A DNA stretch of 64,000 nt, from NCBI GenBank assembly GCA_038087875.1, contig CM075991.1, positions 2,728,001 to 2,792,000 on the forward strand, written 5' to 3'. The DNA is from Malacoraja senta. Taxonomy: Eukaryota. Shown one piece after another: positions 51,701 to 64,000 of the stretch. Position numbers and translations under genes: made by a program. Numbering within the stretch: the first letter of the stretch is position 1; every line of letters starts with the position of its first letter. The notes below the pieces were generated by a model, which was not told the DNA's origin, ran no database searches, and saw nothing but the letters and a program-made list of their open reading frames with translations.

Positions 51701-52644
51701 AGTCCATTGCACAAACAACATTCTTAGAACTTGAGAGCAGATACAGTGATGACAACTGGAATGCCTATAAAACAAATCTAAATAGTTGGCCCTTGAGGGC
51801 TAAAATTAGAAGAAAATTCATTTCCTCAAGGATACCAAATCTTTAGTATTCTTTTCCCCAAAAGTCAGCGAACTCAGTATATTCAACGGAGAGATGGACT
51901 TATTTTATAGATATTAAGAGAATCAATGTATGTGGGGATAGCATCGGAAGCTGGAGCAGAGGCAATTATCCTTGATCTATCTTGAATGAGGAAGTGGACA
52001 TATCGCGTCAAACTCCTGCTTTTACGATGCTCCAAGTATCTTCAAAGAAGTATAATAGGCTGCCAAAAAGTTCATTTTCCAGCTGGTACAAATTGCAGTC
52101 CATGCGCATCATGGATGGGCAAAGTGGTTATACCGGTCCTGATATAACATTATTGGCACTCCACTTTCTGGCAAGTAAAAATCACCATCATATTCAAGAC
52201 TTTGGCTTTGTAGATGGCAGAGATCAGAAAGCAAGATACTTAGGCAGAAATCACAGCCACCAACCCTACCGATTTACATTGTATGAATATAATCAATATA
52301 CAGCTGATAACATACAAGCAGGAATATATTCAAGGTGGTTAACCTGGATTTATTGTCACCACATTTTGTTGCAGCAGTAAGGCATCGGAGGGAATTGAAA
52401 GATATTTGAGAGTTAAGAGTCAACATGTACATTCAATAAAATCATAAATTAGAGACTTCCATTTGATTTGATTTGAACATCTATAATGAATGTTAATACT
52501 TAATACAAGTTGAAAGTTATATCCAGAAACAAGTCTGCTTAACAGGAAGTCTACACGTTACCACAATGTAATTTACTAAGTCATAATTAACAGAACAATT
52601 CTCTTAATTGACTTGTATCCTTTTAATGTTGCTTGCTGCCATAC

Positions 52645-52768
52645 CTGTAACAAGTTTCTGAATATCAATCTTGCCCTCCAATTTGATGCGTTGCAACTCA
52701 TCCTCCAGAATCAGCTCATCTAATTGGTCCGTGTACTTTGCACGCGCTGGCTGCGGTAACAGGTTATG
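52645..52768 (-). CDS. POLD2: POLD2 exon: [41 protein letters not shown](G)
   Basis: tag acceptor, gtatgg donor; [10 protein letters not shown] motif; hand-translated. Confidence 0.94.
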
Positions 52769-52849
52769 CTAAAATAAAAAGTCTCCATTTAGAATTTTGA
52801 GTAAATATGAATCCTCCTAATTCAATCGTTGACCATTAATGTGCTCCAT

Positions 52850-53300
52850 TAGGTGTGTACGAGCGGAGACCTGGGGTCTCTGCATGACTCCAGAATGGTC
52901 TGTTATCAAGATCAGGGATGTGTCAGAGCAGGTGCAGAACATTCTGAAGTGGGAGGGAGAACAGAGCTGTAGCACATGTTGGTACCAACGACATGGGCAG
53001 AAAGAGGAATGAGGCTCTCCAGAGTGAATATCGGGACATAGATAGAAAATTAGAAAACAGGACCCTGGAGGTTATCAATCACGATTGCTCAACAAGCAGG
53101 AAAGGACAGATGAATGTGTGGCCAATGAGCTGTTTTGGGAGGGTGTAGGTCCAGGGCAGGAGGGACCTGTACAAGGATAACAAATTACACCTAAACTGAA
53201 AGGGGACCAATATCCCTGTAGGAAGCTTTGCTCATGCTTCTTCAGAGGATTTAAAGTAATTTGGTGATTTGGCTGGGGAGAAGAGTGGTGGGGGTGTAGT
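52850..53300 (+). mobile_element. Decayed CR1 ORF1 (SGNH esterase-like) fragment
   Basis: VAHVGTNDMGRKRNEALQSEYRDI and LHLN*KGTNI motifs. Confidence 0.65.
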
Positions 53301-53457
53301 AGGAAACTCAGTAGCAATGTGGCAGTGGGAGATTGACTTGTTTGTAAAGAATAAACCAAGTCTAGTGGGCAGAGGAGCCAGAGACACATTAAGGAGCTTG
53401 GGGGAAGGCGGAGGCTGGTAGCCTCGCAGGCGGTTCAAGCATGAAAGAGCACATGTA

Positions 53458-54660
53458 CAGTGCTCTCCATAATGTTTGGGACAAAGACCTAGCATTTATT
53501 TATTTGCCTCTGTACTCCACAATTTGAGATTTGTAATAGAAAAATCACATGTGGTTAAAGTGGACATTGTCAGATTTTAATAAAGGCTATTTTTGTACAT
53601 TTTGGTTTCACCATGTAGAAATTGCAGCTGTGTTTATACATTGCTCCCCCATTTCATAATGTTTGGGCCACATGGCTTCATAGGTGTTTGTAAATGCTCA
53701 GGCGTATTTAAATGCCTCCTCAATGCAGGTATAAGAGAGCTCTCAGCACCTTGTCTTTCCTCCAGTCTTTCTATCACCTTTGGAAACTTTTATTGTTGTT
53801 TATCAACATGAGGACCAATGTTGTACCAATGAAAGTCAAAGAAGCCATTATGAGACTGAGAAACAAGAATAAAACTGTTAGAGACATCAGCCAAACCTTA
53901 GGCTTACCAAAATCAACTGTTTGGAACATCATTATGAAGAAAGAGAGCACCAGTGAGCTTACTTGCAAAGGTACTGGCAGACCAAGGAAGACCTCCACAG
54001 CTGATGACAGAAGAATTCTAACTATAACAAAGAAAAATCCCCAAACACCTGTCCGACAGATCAGAAACACTCTTCAGGAGTCAGGTATGGATTTGTCAAT
54101 GACCACTGTCCGCAAAAAAGTCATGAACAGAAATACAGAGGCTACACTGCAAGATTAGTTACACTGCACCATTGGTTAACTGCAAAAATAGGATGGCCAG
54201 GTTACAGTTTGCCAAGAAGTATTTAAAAGAGCAACCACATTTCTGGAAAAAGGTCTTGTGGACAGATGAGACAAAGATTAACTTATATCAGAGTGACGGC
54301 AAGAGCAAAGTATGGAGGAGAGAAGGAACTGCCCAAGATCCAAAACATACAACCTCATCTGTGAAACACGGTGGTGGGGGTGTTATGGCCTGGGCATGTA
54401 TGGCTGCTGAAGGTACTGGATCACTTATCGTCATTGATGATACAACTGCTGATGGTAGTAGCATAATGAATTCTGAAATGTATAGACACATCCTATCTGC
54501 TCAAGTTCAAACAAATGTCTCACAACTCATTGGCCGGCAGTTCATTCTACAGCAAGACAATGATCCCAAACATACTGCTAAAGCAACAAAGGAGTTTTTC
54601 AAAGCTAAAAAATTGTCAATTCTTAAGTGGCCAAACCCAATTGAGCATGCCTTTTATATG
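53458..54660 (+). mobile_element. Tc1-family DNA transposon, frameshifted and 3'-truncated
   Basis: TA|CAGTG start; IR/DR repeat cataatgtttggg (53468, 53655); HTH and GRPRK; WTDETK, QQDNDPKH, NPIEH (SPDL deleted); no right TIR. Confidence 0.92.
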
Positions 54661-54908
54661 CACTGCCAAGGAGGACATGGTAGATAGTTAGTTGAGGTCA
54701 GGTTATGTGGATAATATGGAGCAGTTCATTATTAAGATGGAGGAGGTGTTGAATGTTGTAGATGTATATGGGATAATGAATCCATAGAACTGGAGGAGAT
54801 CTATTCCAGATTTCCAAGGGAAGCAAGGGAGGAGATGGCTGGAGATTCTTTTGCATCTTTAAATGCAGGTGAGGTGCAGAAGACCGGAGGTGACTTGAGC
54901 AAGGGTAA

Positions 54909-55217
54909 AGGGCCTGTCCCACTGTACGAGGTAATTCAAGAGTTCTCCCGAGTTTCCCCTGATTCGAACTCGGAGAATTACGGTAATAGCTGCTCGTAGG
55001 TACTCGGGGCTCTCGTGGACATTTTTCAACATGTTGAAAAAACTTCACAAGCATACCGTGTTTCCCGAGTACCTGCCGTTAGTGTCACGAGCCGCCAAGA
55101 GACGTCCCGAGCTCCGACATATGCGCTACGTACATTCTACGTACTTACCACGAGTTTTTTTTAATTTTTTTAACTCGGGAGAGCTCTTGGGTAAACTCGT
55201 ATAGTGGGACAGGCCCT
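54909..55217. mobile_element. PIF/Harbinger-like MITE
   Basis: TIR agggcctgtcccactgtacgag / ctcgtatagtgggacaggccct; interior related (reverse) to 26470-26787. Confidence 0.85.
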
Positions 55218-55616
55218 TGAGTCAGGCGAGCCTAGTGTCAGTAGTAGGGAAGTTATTGGAGAAAACTCTCAAGTGATACATAAGATTTAAGTACATTCTG
55301 TACTGATTGGAAATAGTTGCATGGCTTTGAAGGAAAATCCTTGTTCACTAATTTTGTGATTTTGCTGCAAGCAAGATTTTCATTGGATCTCTACCTCCAA
55401 CTAGAGTATGACATTAAAATCGACTTGTCTTAAATCCTTTGAGGCGGCAACTAAGAAGATTGATGAAGGCAGCCAAGGCAAGTCGATTTTAATGCCTTAA
55501 GGGGTCCCACGCCACAAGATTCAGGAACAGTGACTTTCTTGCAACTATCAATGCAGGTGAGGTGCAGAAGACCGGAGGTGACTTGAGCAAGGGTAAAGGG
55601 CCTGTCCCACTGTACG

Positions 55617-57165
55617 GGGGGAGGGGGGAGGGACTCAAATAGAGAAAGATAGTAGAAAATGTGGGAGGCAGGAGGCAGAGAAGGGAAGCACTCGGACCCA
55701 AAATGTAGGGGAGAAAGAAGAAAAAGTTAATAAACAGAGAATGTGGTGGTGGGTTTCTTAAATGTGTATATTTTAATGCTAGGAGCATTGTAAGAAAGGT
55801 GGATGAGCTTAGAGTCTGGATTGACACCTGGAAGTATGATGTTGTGGCGATCAGTGAAACATGGTTGCAGGAGGGCTGTGATTGGAAACTAAATATTCCA
55901 GGATTTCGTTGCTTCAGGGGTGATAGAATTGGAGGGGCAAGAGGTGGGGGTGTTGCATTGCTTGTCAAGGAAGATATTACAGCAGTGCTTTGGCAGGATA
56001 GATTAGAGGGCTCGTCTAGGGAGGCTATTTGGGTGGAGCTGAGAAATGGGAAAGGTGTAGCAACACTTATAGGGGTGTATTATAGACCGCCAAATGGGGA
56101 GCGAGAATTGGAAGAGCAAATATGTAAGGAGATAGCAGATATTAGTAGTAAGCACAAGGTAGTGATTGTGGGAGATTTCAATTTTCCACACATAGACTGG
56201 GAAACACATTCTGTAAAAGGGCTGGATGGTTTGGAGTTTGTAAAATGTGTGCAGGATAGTTTTTTGCAGCAATACATAGAGGTACCTACTAGAGAAGGGG
56301 CAGTGCTGGACCTCCTGTTAGGAAATGAGACAGGGCAGGTGGCGGAGGTAAGCGTCGGGGAGCACTTCGGGTCCAGTGATCACAATACCATTAGTTTCAA
56401 TATAATTATGGAGAGGGTCAGAACTGGACCTAGGGTTGAGATTTTTGATTGGAGAAAGGCTAACTTTGAGGAGATGCGAAAGGATTTAAAAGGAGTGAAT
56501 TGGGACATGTTGTTTTATGGGAAGGATGTAGAAGAGAAATGGAGGACATTTAAAGGTGAAATTTTAAGAGTACAGAATCTTTATGTCCCTGTTCGGTTGA
56601 AAGGAAATAGTAAAAATTGGAAAGAGCCATGGTTTTCAAGGGAAATTGGACACTTGGTTCGGAAAAAGATAGAGATCTACAATAATTATAGGCAGCATGG
56701 AGTAAATGAGGTGCTTGAGGAGTATAAAGAATGTAAAAAGAATATTAAGAAAGAAATAAGAAAAGCTAAAAGAAGATATGAGGTTGTTTGGCAAGTAAGG
56801 TGAAAGTAAATCCAAAGGGTTTCTACAGCTATATTAATAGCAAAAGGATAACAAGGAATAAAATTGGTCCATTAGAGAGTCAGAGTGGACAGCTATCTGC
56901 AGAGCCAAAAGAGATGGGGGAGATATTGAACAATTTATTTTCTTCGGTATTCACCAAGAAGAAGGATATGGAATTATGTGAGGTAAGGGAAACAAGCAGA
57001 GTAGCAATGGAACTATGAGATTCAAAGAAGAGGAGGTGCGGACACTTTTGAAAAATATGAAAACGGAAAAGTCTCCAGGTCCTGACAGGATATTCCCGAG
57101 GACATTGAGGGAAGTTAGTGAAGGGCCGAGATGGCCTGTTTCCGTGCTGTAATGGTTATATGGTG
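55617..57165 (+). mobile_element. CR1 LINE ORF2 endonuclease region joined to the 3' tail (RT deleted)
   Basis: YFNARSI, AISETW, GGGVA, YYRPP, VGDFNFP, SDH; jumps after KSPGPD to the 3' terminus. Confidence 0.92.
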
Positions 57166-58499
57166 ATCAAGTTCTTTAACCGACCTCTACATCCCTAATT
57201 CTACTTTGGCAGTGGAACATTATAGATCTCTTGCATTACAGTGGACTCATTTTTCTAATTGTGTATTTTAACTTTTTTTTAAATGTAGAATTTATCTGCC
57301 TATAATGCTGCTTCAAGCAAGATTTTCATTGCACCTATACTTCATTGTGCCTATAACAATAAACTTAATTTGACAAGATATTAAGCAGTCAGCCCTGGGG
57401 ATATTGGTCAACATATTATTCTGGAGGTAGACAAAAGTGCTGGAGAAACTCAGTGGGTGCGCCGCACCCGCTGAGTTTCTCCAGCACTTTTGTCTACCTT
57501 CGATTTTCCAGCATCTGCAGTTCCTTCTTGAACATATTATTCTGGAGTCTCACTCTCAGCTAGTTCCCCTCGCCAACAAATCCCCCACCATTATTACTCA
57601 CCTAGACTTTTCGTTCTCCTGCTGCACAAATCAACCATGATGCCACAAATTCAGCTACTTTACAGAGAAGCCATTCCCATTCCCAAAATAATGCACCTGT
57701 TTAGAAACATAGAAACTAGGTGCAGGAGTAGGCCATTCGGCCCTTCGAGCCAGCACCGCCATTCAATATGACCATGGCTGATCATCCAAAATCAGTACCC
57801 TGTTCCTGCTTTTTTCCCCCATATCCCTTGATTCCCTGCTTTTTCCCCATATCCCTATGTAAAGATCACAGGGTACTCCTGCACTACCTGCTTGTACTTA
57901 ATGCCCGTCCTGGTAGTCACCTTTCTTTATGTAACTGCAACATGACCAAAGTATTAAACGTAGTATGTATGACATTTTCTTTATCTAGGATACTCCAGAT
58001 GCAGCTCCAACCATTCTACGTGGTCTGATAGAAGCTGCAGCTATATTCACTATAGATATTGGAAATGTCCCTGATCTCCCATGTCCTGCAAGAGGTGCAT
58101 CCAGCAAGGATGGAGAAACATACTTTACTGTTGCTCACTTTCCTCACCAAAACATGATGCTCACCATCAGCACTTTGATCTCACACTCCCTCATGAAATG
58201 GCCACTGCATGCCTCTTTTCTTTTAGATACTTCTCAATGACAATCTTGCATATAATGCTGGTCCTGCTGCTGCTTCTAAGCCTTTACTCACTAATTCAGT
58301 TTCTTGGAGCCAAGGGTCAGTCTCAAAATACAGGGTCAGCCAGTTAGGACAGACAAGATTTTTTTTTCCATCCACAGGACAGTGAATCTTTGGAATTGTT
58401 TACTCAAAGGTTCTTGATACTTGGTTGTGGAGTATATTTAACACAGAGTAGGATTGATTGTTGTATATTAAGGGACACTGGATTAGTGCAACAAAGTGA

Positions 58500-59435
58500 G
58501 ATAAAAGTAACACTAGAAAATGTGCAGATGACACAAAGCTGGGTGGCAGTGTGAACTGCGAAGAGGATGCTAGGGGGTTGCAGGGTTACTTGGGCAGGTT
58601 GAGTGAGTGGGCAGATGCATGGCGGAAGCAGTATAATGTAGATAAATGTGAGGTTATCCACTTTGGCGGCAAGAACAAGCAGGCAGATTATTAACTCAAT
58701 GGTGTCAGATTCGGAAAAAGGGAAGTGTAACGAGACCTGGGTGTCCATGTTCACCAGTCACTGAAAGTAAACATGCAGGTACAACAGGCAGTAAAGAAAT
58801 CTAATGGAATGTAGGCCTTCATAACAAGAGGATCTAAGTATAGGAATAAAGAGGTCCTTCTTCAGTTGTACAGGGCCCTGGTGAGACAACATCTAGAGTA
58901 TTGTGTGCAGTTTTGGTCCCCTAATTTGAGGAATGACATCCTTGCTATTGAGGCAGTGCAGCGTAGGTTCACAAGGTTAATCCCCAAGATGGCAGGACTG
59001 TCACATCAGGAAAGATTGGAAATTCACTGGAATTTAGGATGAGAGGGGATCTTATAGAAACGTATAAAATTATAAAAGGACTGGACAAGCTAGATGCAGG
59101 AAAAATGTTCCCAATGCTGGGGGAGTCTAGAAACAGGGGGTACATTCTAAGAATAAAGGGGAGGCCGTTTAAAACTGAGATGAAAAAAAGCTTTTTCACC
59201 CAGAGAGTTGTGAATTTGTGGAATTCTCTGCCACAGAAGGCAGTGGAGGGCAATTCACTGGATGAATTTAAAAGAGAGTTAGATAGAGCTTTTGGGGCTA
59301 TCGGAATCAAGGGATATGGGAAGAAGGCAGGCACAGGTTACTGATTGTGAATGATCAGCCATGATCACTATGAATGGCGGTGCAGGCTCAAAGGGCCAAA
59401 TGGCTTCCTCCTGCACCTATTTTCTATGTTTCTAA
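58500..59435 (+). mobile_element. CR1/HER1 LINE 3' fragment
   Basis: ADDTKLGG through MRGDLIETYKIIKGLD..WNSLPQ; tttctatgtttcta tail. Confidence 0.9.
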
Positions 59436-60685
59436 AAGATCAGCCATCATCTTATTGAATGGTGGAACACGTATGAGACAACAATGGCTTACTCCTGCTT
59501 TATTTCTCATGTTCTAAACCAAATTGTTATGTGACAAAGTTGACTTACAGATCAAGTGACAAATAGGTCAGACAGACATTGCACAAACATTAGAGGAAGT
59601 AAAGTGAACTCTGTGTTGATAATCAAAGATAATCAGCAGTCACTGGGCCTTTCATCCAGAAAGGTTGCAACCACCAATCACCCATTTACACTTTAGTTTA
59701 CACCTTTCCTACAGCTAACAATGAACCATTCTACAGTTCCTTAGCGTCATCTGCTTTGATCTGTCATTTTCACACCCTACCCTTCCATATCTCCAATCTC
59801 CCTCTCCCGACTCTCAGCCTGAAGGGTCTCGATCCAAAACATCACCCATTCGTTCTCTCCAGAGATGCTGCCTGTCCCACTGATTTACTCCAACAATTGG
59901 TGTCTATTTACTTTAGTTTATGTTCCTTTGTGTTCTCACTCTCTACCTGCTCCCATTCACTCATTGACCAGATCAGCGTGTTTACCGCTTATCCCTAAAG
60001 ACACCCTGGTTTTATCCTAGATATTCCCGTACCAATTCTCCCTGCACCTCAAGAACCTTCTTTTGTCCCCTTCCCAGTTCTCAAGGTATTCAAGCAGAAA
60101 CATTAACCATTTCTCTTCCACATGCAGCCTGTGTCTTTGTATTATTTTGATTCTCACGCAATAACTTTAATTATACATTAATCCAATTTCTCTCCCCTAA
60201 TTTCCTCAATTAACCCTTATTCTACCACTTAGGAATAATTTATAGAGGCCACGTAACCTGCCAAACTGCATGTCTCGGGACATGGGAAGAAATTACACCC
60301 AGAGGAAATGCATGCAGCCACAGAAGAACTTGTGAACTCCATAGTGGATGATAAGCACTAAGGAGGCAGAGGCTTGACCCGCTGCACTACCTTGCTACCC
60401 ATGTTAAACCAAACCTAAATCTGCTAATCAGCAATAATTAAATATCAATTAATTCTGAAATCAGTCACAGACAAATTTTCAAGCAATTCATAACTGATCA
60501 TTACTGAACACCAAAAACAGAGTCACATAAGGAAAATAAGTCAAAGGAGTAATACAATCTGTTAAACAGTACAATAGGTCAAACTTGGCAAAAAGGACTA
60601 GTTTAAATGGTGTCTTGGTCAGCATGGATGAGTTGGGCCAAAGGGCCTGTTTCAATACTGTATCACTATCCTGATACCCACCTAC

Positions 60686-60807
60686 CTCTTCACTGATTTC
60701 ACGCAAGATGGATGGCTTCAACTCCATGTTTTTGAAGAGAGTTCCAATCACAGAACATTTCTCCTTGGCCTGCAGTTCACACAACCTCTTCACTGCCACA
60801 TCAGCTC
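60686..60807 (-). CDS. POLD2: POLD2 (DNA polymerase delta subunit 2) exon: (G)[40 protein letters not shown]
   Basis: cag acceptor, gtagg donor on minus; matches recalled vertebrate POLD2; upstream coding exon not visible. Confidence 0.93.
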
Positions 60808-61161
60808 CTGGAAAACAAAGCACAGCATCAATCACCACCTGGCACCATTTTCAAATTCAGGTTGTGGTAATTTAAGGTCATACTTTACAGAACTCAATTT
60901 AAAACTTTTTCATCCATTTTGAAAATATCAATATTGAATATATAAGGAATAAACTCAATTAAATGTTCTGAAATCAGTCACAGACAAATTTTCAAGCAAT
61001 TCATAACTGATCATTACTGAACACCGAAAACAGAGTCACATAAGGAAAAGAAGTCAAAGGATTAATACAATCTGTTAAACAGTACAATATGTCAAACCTG
61101 GCAAAAAGGACTAGTTTAAATGGTGTCTTGGTCAGCATGGATGAGTTGGGCCAAAGGGCCT

Positions 61162-62797
61162 ATGTTCAAGACACCTCAGACACTCTCCGTCATCTCCGCG
61201 CATTCCACTCTCTAGGCCCTCACCCCCTCATCTTCATCATGGACGTCCAGTCATTGTACACCTCCATCCCCCACCAGGATGATCTCGAAGCCCTCCGTAT
61301 TTTCCTCGACCGTAGAAGCAATCTATACCCGGCCACTGACACCCTCCTCCGCCTAGGTCCTTACACTTAATAACTTTTCATTTGACTCCTCCCATTTCCT
61401 CCAAATACAAGGCATAGCTATGGGCACAGGCATGGGCCCCAGCTACGCCTGCCTCTTTGTCGGGTACGTAGAACAATCCTTGTTCAATGCGTACCAGGGC
61501 CCCATCCCTGACCTCTACCTCCGCTACATCGATGATTGTTTTGGTGCCACATCCTGCACCCACACACAACTGACTGACTTCATCCGCTTCACCACCAACT
61601 TCCATCCGGCACTCAAATACACCTGGACCATTTCCGACACTTCCCTACCATTCCTTGACCTCACTATCTCCATCGCAGGTGATAGACTCCTTACCGACAT
61701 CCACTACAAACCTACCGACTCCCATGGCTATCTGGACTACACTTCTTCCCACCCTGCTTCCTGTAAGGACTCCATCCCCCACTCCCAATTCCTCCGTCTA
61801 CGCCGCATCTGCTCCCAGGATGAGGCGTTCCACACCAGGGCATCTGAAATGTCCTCATTCTTCAGGGAACGGGGGTTCCCCTCCTCCACCATAGATGAGG
61901 CTCGCACCAGGGTCTCTGCCATACCCCGCAACACTGCTCTCTCTCCCCATCCCCCCACTCACAACAAGGGCAGAGTCCCCCTAGTCCTCACCTTTCACCC
62001 CACCAGCCGTCACATACAACAAGTGATCCTCTGTCAGTTTCGCCACCTCCAACGTGACCCCACCACTCGCCACATCTTCCCATCTCCCCCCATGTCTGCC
62101 TTCCGCAAAGACCGCTCCCTCCATAACTCCCTTGTCAATTCTTCCCTTCCCTCCCATACCAGCCCCTCCCCTGGTACTTTCCCTTGCAACCGCAAGAGAT
62201 GCAACACTTGTCCCTTCACCTCCCCCCTCTACTCCATTCAAGGACCCAAGCAGTCGTTCCAGGTGCGACAGAGGTTCACCTGCATCTCCTCCAACCTCAT
62301 CTATTGCATCCGCTGCTCTAGATGCCAGCTGATCTACATCGGTGAGACCAAGCGGAGGCTTGGCGATCGTTTCGCCGAACACCTCCGGTCGGTCTGCAAT
62401 AACCAACCTGACCTCCCGGTGGCTCAGCACTTCAACTCCACCTCCCATTCCGTATCTGACCTCTCTGTCCTGGGTCTCCTCCATGGCCACAGCGAGCAAC
62501 ACCGTAAATTGGAGGAAATGCACCTCATATTCCGCTTGGGCAGTCTACATCCTGGGGCTTGAACATTGAATTCTCCCAATTCTGCTAGCCCTTGCTGTCC
62601 CCTCCCCTTCATCTGCCATCTGGTTGTCTCCTCCCCTCCCCAGCCCTCGGGCTCCTCCTCCGCCTTTTTCCTTTTTTCCTTTCTTCTCCCCACCCCCTAT
62701 CAGTCTGAAGAAGGGTTTCGGCCCGAAACGTTACCTATTTCCTTCGCTCCATAGATGCTGCTGCACCCGCTGAGTTTCTCCAGCATTTTTGTGTACC
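61162..62797 (+). mobile_element. 5'-truncated Penelope-like element (Neptune-type): RT, Cys linker, GIY-YIG endonuclease, pLTR
   Basis: MDVQSLYTSIP, GIAMGTGMGPSYA, YLRYIDD, CNRKRCNTC, IYCIRC..YIGETKR; 380-codon ORF; TSD aactcaattaaat (60952-60964 / 62798-62810). Confidence 0.95.
62700..62740 (+). ncRNA. Candidate minimal hammerhead ribozyme core in the Penelope pLTR
   Basis: CTGAAGA-A-GGGT-TTCG-GCCC-GAAAC-GTT directly downstream of the ORF. Confidence 0.55.
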
Positions 62798-63185
62798 AAC
62801 TCAATTAAATATCTCCTTTCAAGAAAATTGATATCTGTAATTTTAAAACAGAACACAGTGCATCTGTCCAGGGACATACTCCCCATATCAGACACAAGGA
62901 ACTGCAAACGCTGGTTTACAAAAAAGCGAGTAACTCGGCAGGTCAAGCAGCATCTCTCCTTGCACCTTCTGTCCTTATCTCATTACTATTTGTCTTTTGA
63001 TCCCTGGCCTTTGTCCCACCATCTGCCAATCCCCCACAACATCTGTATCCATCTATCACTTGCCAAGCTTTGAACTGCCCCCAGCTTCACCCTGCCTTTC
63101 CTCACCTCCCCCCCCCCCCCCACGCCACAGCCCGCCCGACTGTCTAAAGAAGGGTCTTGAGCTGAGATGCTGCCTGACCCATTGA

Positions 63186-63385
63186 NNNNNNNNNNNNNNN
63201 NNNNNNNNNNNNNNNNNNNNNNNNNNNNNNNNNNNNNNNNNNNNNNNNNNNNNNNNNNNNNNNNNNNNNNNNNNNNNNNNNNNNNNNNNNNNNNNNNNNN
63301 NNNNNNNNNNNNNNNNNNNNNNNNNNNNNNNNNNNNNNNNNNNNNNNNNNNNNNNNNNNNNNNNNNNNNNNNNNNNNNNNNNNNN
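63186..63385. other. Assembly gap (200 N)
   Basis: Run of n. Confidence 1.
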
Positions 63386-63616
63386 TTGGGTGCTGGGACC
63401 AGGATTCGCCATGTTGCTGAGGGGCAGCCCTTGCTGCCGCCATTGACTGCGGGTGCAGGGGACTAGGGATCCGCCATGTTGGTGAGGGGCAGCCCTTGCT
63501 GCCGCCATTGGGTGCTGGGAACCAGGGATTCGCCATGTTGCTGAGGGGCAGCCCTTGCTGCCGCCATTGACTGCGGGTGCAGGGGACCAGGGATCCGCCA
63601 TGTTGCTGAGGGGCAG
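63386..63616. repeat. GC-rich minisatellite, alternating ~58/~64-bp units, abutting the gap
   Basis: cgccatgttgctgaggggcagcccttgctgccgccattg recurs ~4 times. Confidence 0.9.
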
Positions 63617-64000
63617 ATTTAGATCAAGGAGAAAGTGTCAAGTGTGTTTATATTGTCATATGTCCCGAAACCGAACAATGGAATTCTTAATTGCAACGGC
63701 ACAACAGATATATAACATAGTAAACTGTAAACCCCATAATAATAAATAAGTTCAGTATATAATTAAAAAACAAACAAATAAATGGAAAATAATAGTGTAA
63801 AAATATTGTCCAGAAGTCTATTTAGTTCAGAGCTTATTTGGAGGTTGTAGTGTTGAATAACCTCATGATTCTCAGGAAGAAGCTGCCCCTGAAAGTGGAC
63901 ATTACAGTTTTCCGGCTCCTATACCTTCTTCTGGATGGAAATAAATGGTTATACAACATTACCCTTTGCTGTACGAAAGACGGCAGATAGGTAGCGTACA

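Noticed and set aside
51982..52380. 132-aa ORF in a POLD2 intron
   Set aside because: Non-ATG start, no recognisable motif, adjacent to decayed repeat sequence
61420..62562. Selenoprotein-type or domesticated Penelope ORF
   Set aside because: No in-frame TGA at Cys positions; upstream RT is deleted and frameshifted; ordinary truncated copy with TSD
63056..63601. ORFs spanning the N run
   Set aside because: Artefacts of the assembly gap
60808..64000. POLD2 first coding exon and promoter
   Set aside because: No RQYAHIYxxRL-type exon visible; outside the window or obscured by the gap

Overview
Eukaryotic, repeat-rich genomic DNA, most likely from a cartilaginous fish (skate/ray), inferred from HE1-type SINEs and HER1/CR1 LINEs. 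Two split genes lie tail-to-tail. On +, the last 11 coding exons of AEBP1/ACLP (discoidin domain plus an inactive M14B carboxypeptidase domain) run from 9910 to 37976. On -, nine coding exons of POLD2 run from 60807 to 41364; its first coding exon lies outside the readable sequence. All exons were read by hand, have GT-AG boundaries and join in compatible phase. The introns hold a decayed DIRS1-like element (1-~4690), Neptune-type Penelope elements and many short derivatives, CR1, Rex1, L1 and Vingi LINE pieces, SINEs, a Tc1 relic, Harbinger-like MITEs and a ~1 kb TIR element with 7-bp TSDs. The most interesting unexplained signals are: hammerhead-ribozyme cores in the Penelope-derived repeats; an HDV-like ribozyme fold at the 5' end of an internally deleted Vingi element; three cases of local DNA copied into transposon junctions; a 74-bp multi-hairpin tandem array in the DIRS leader; and an AEBP1 C-terminus lacking the mammalian acidic tail. 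No database searches were run, so family assignments rest on recalled motifs. I found no prokaryote-type system such as CRISPR.
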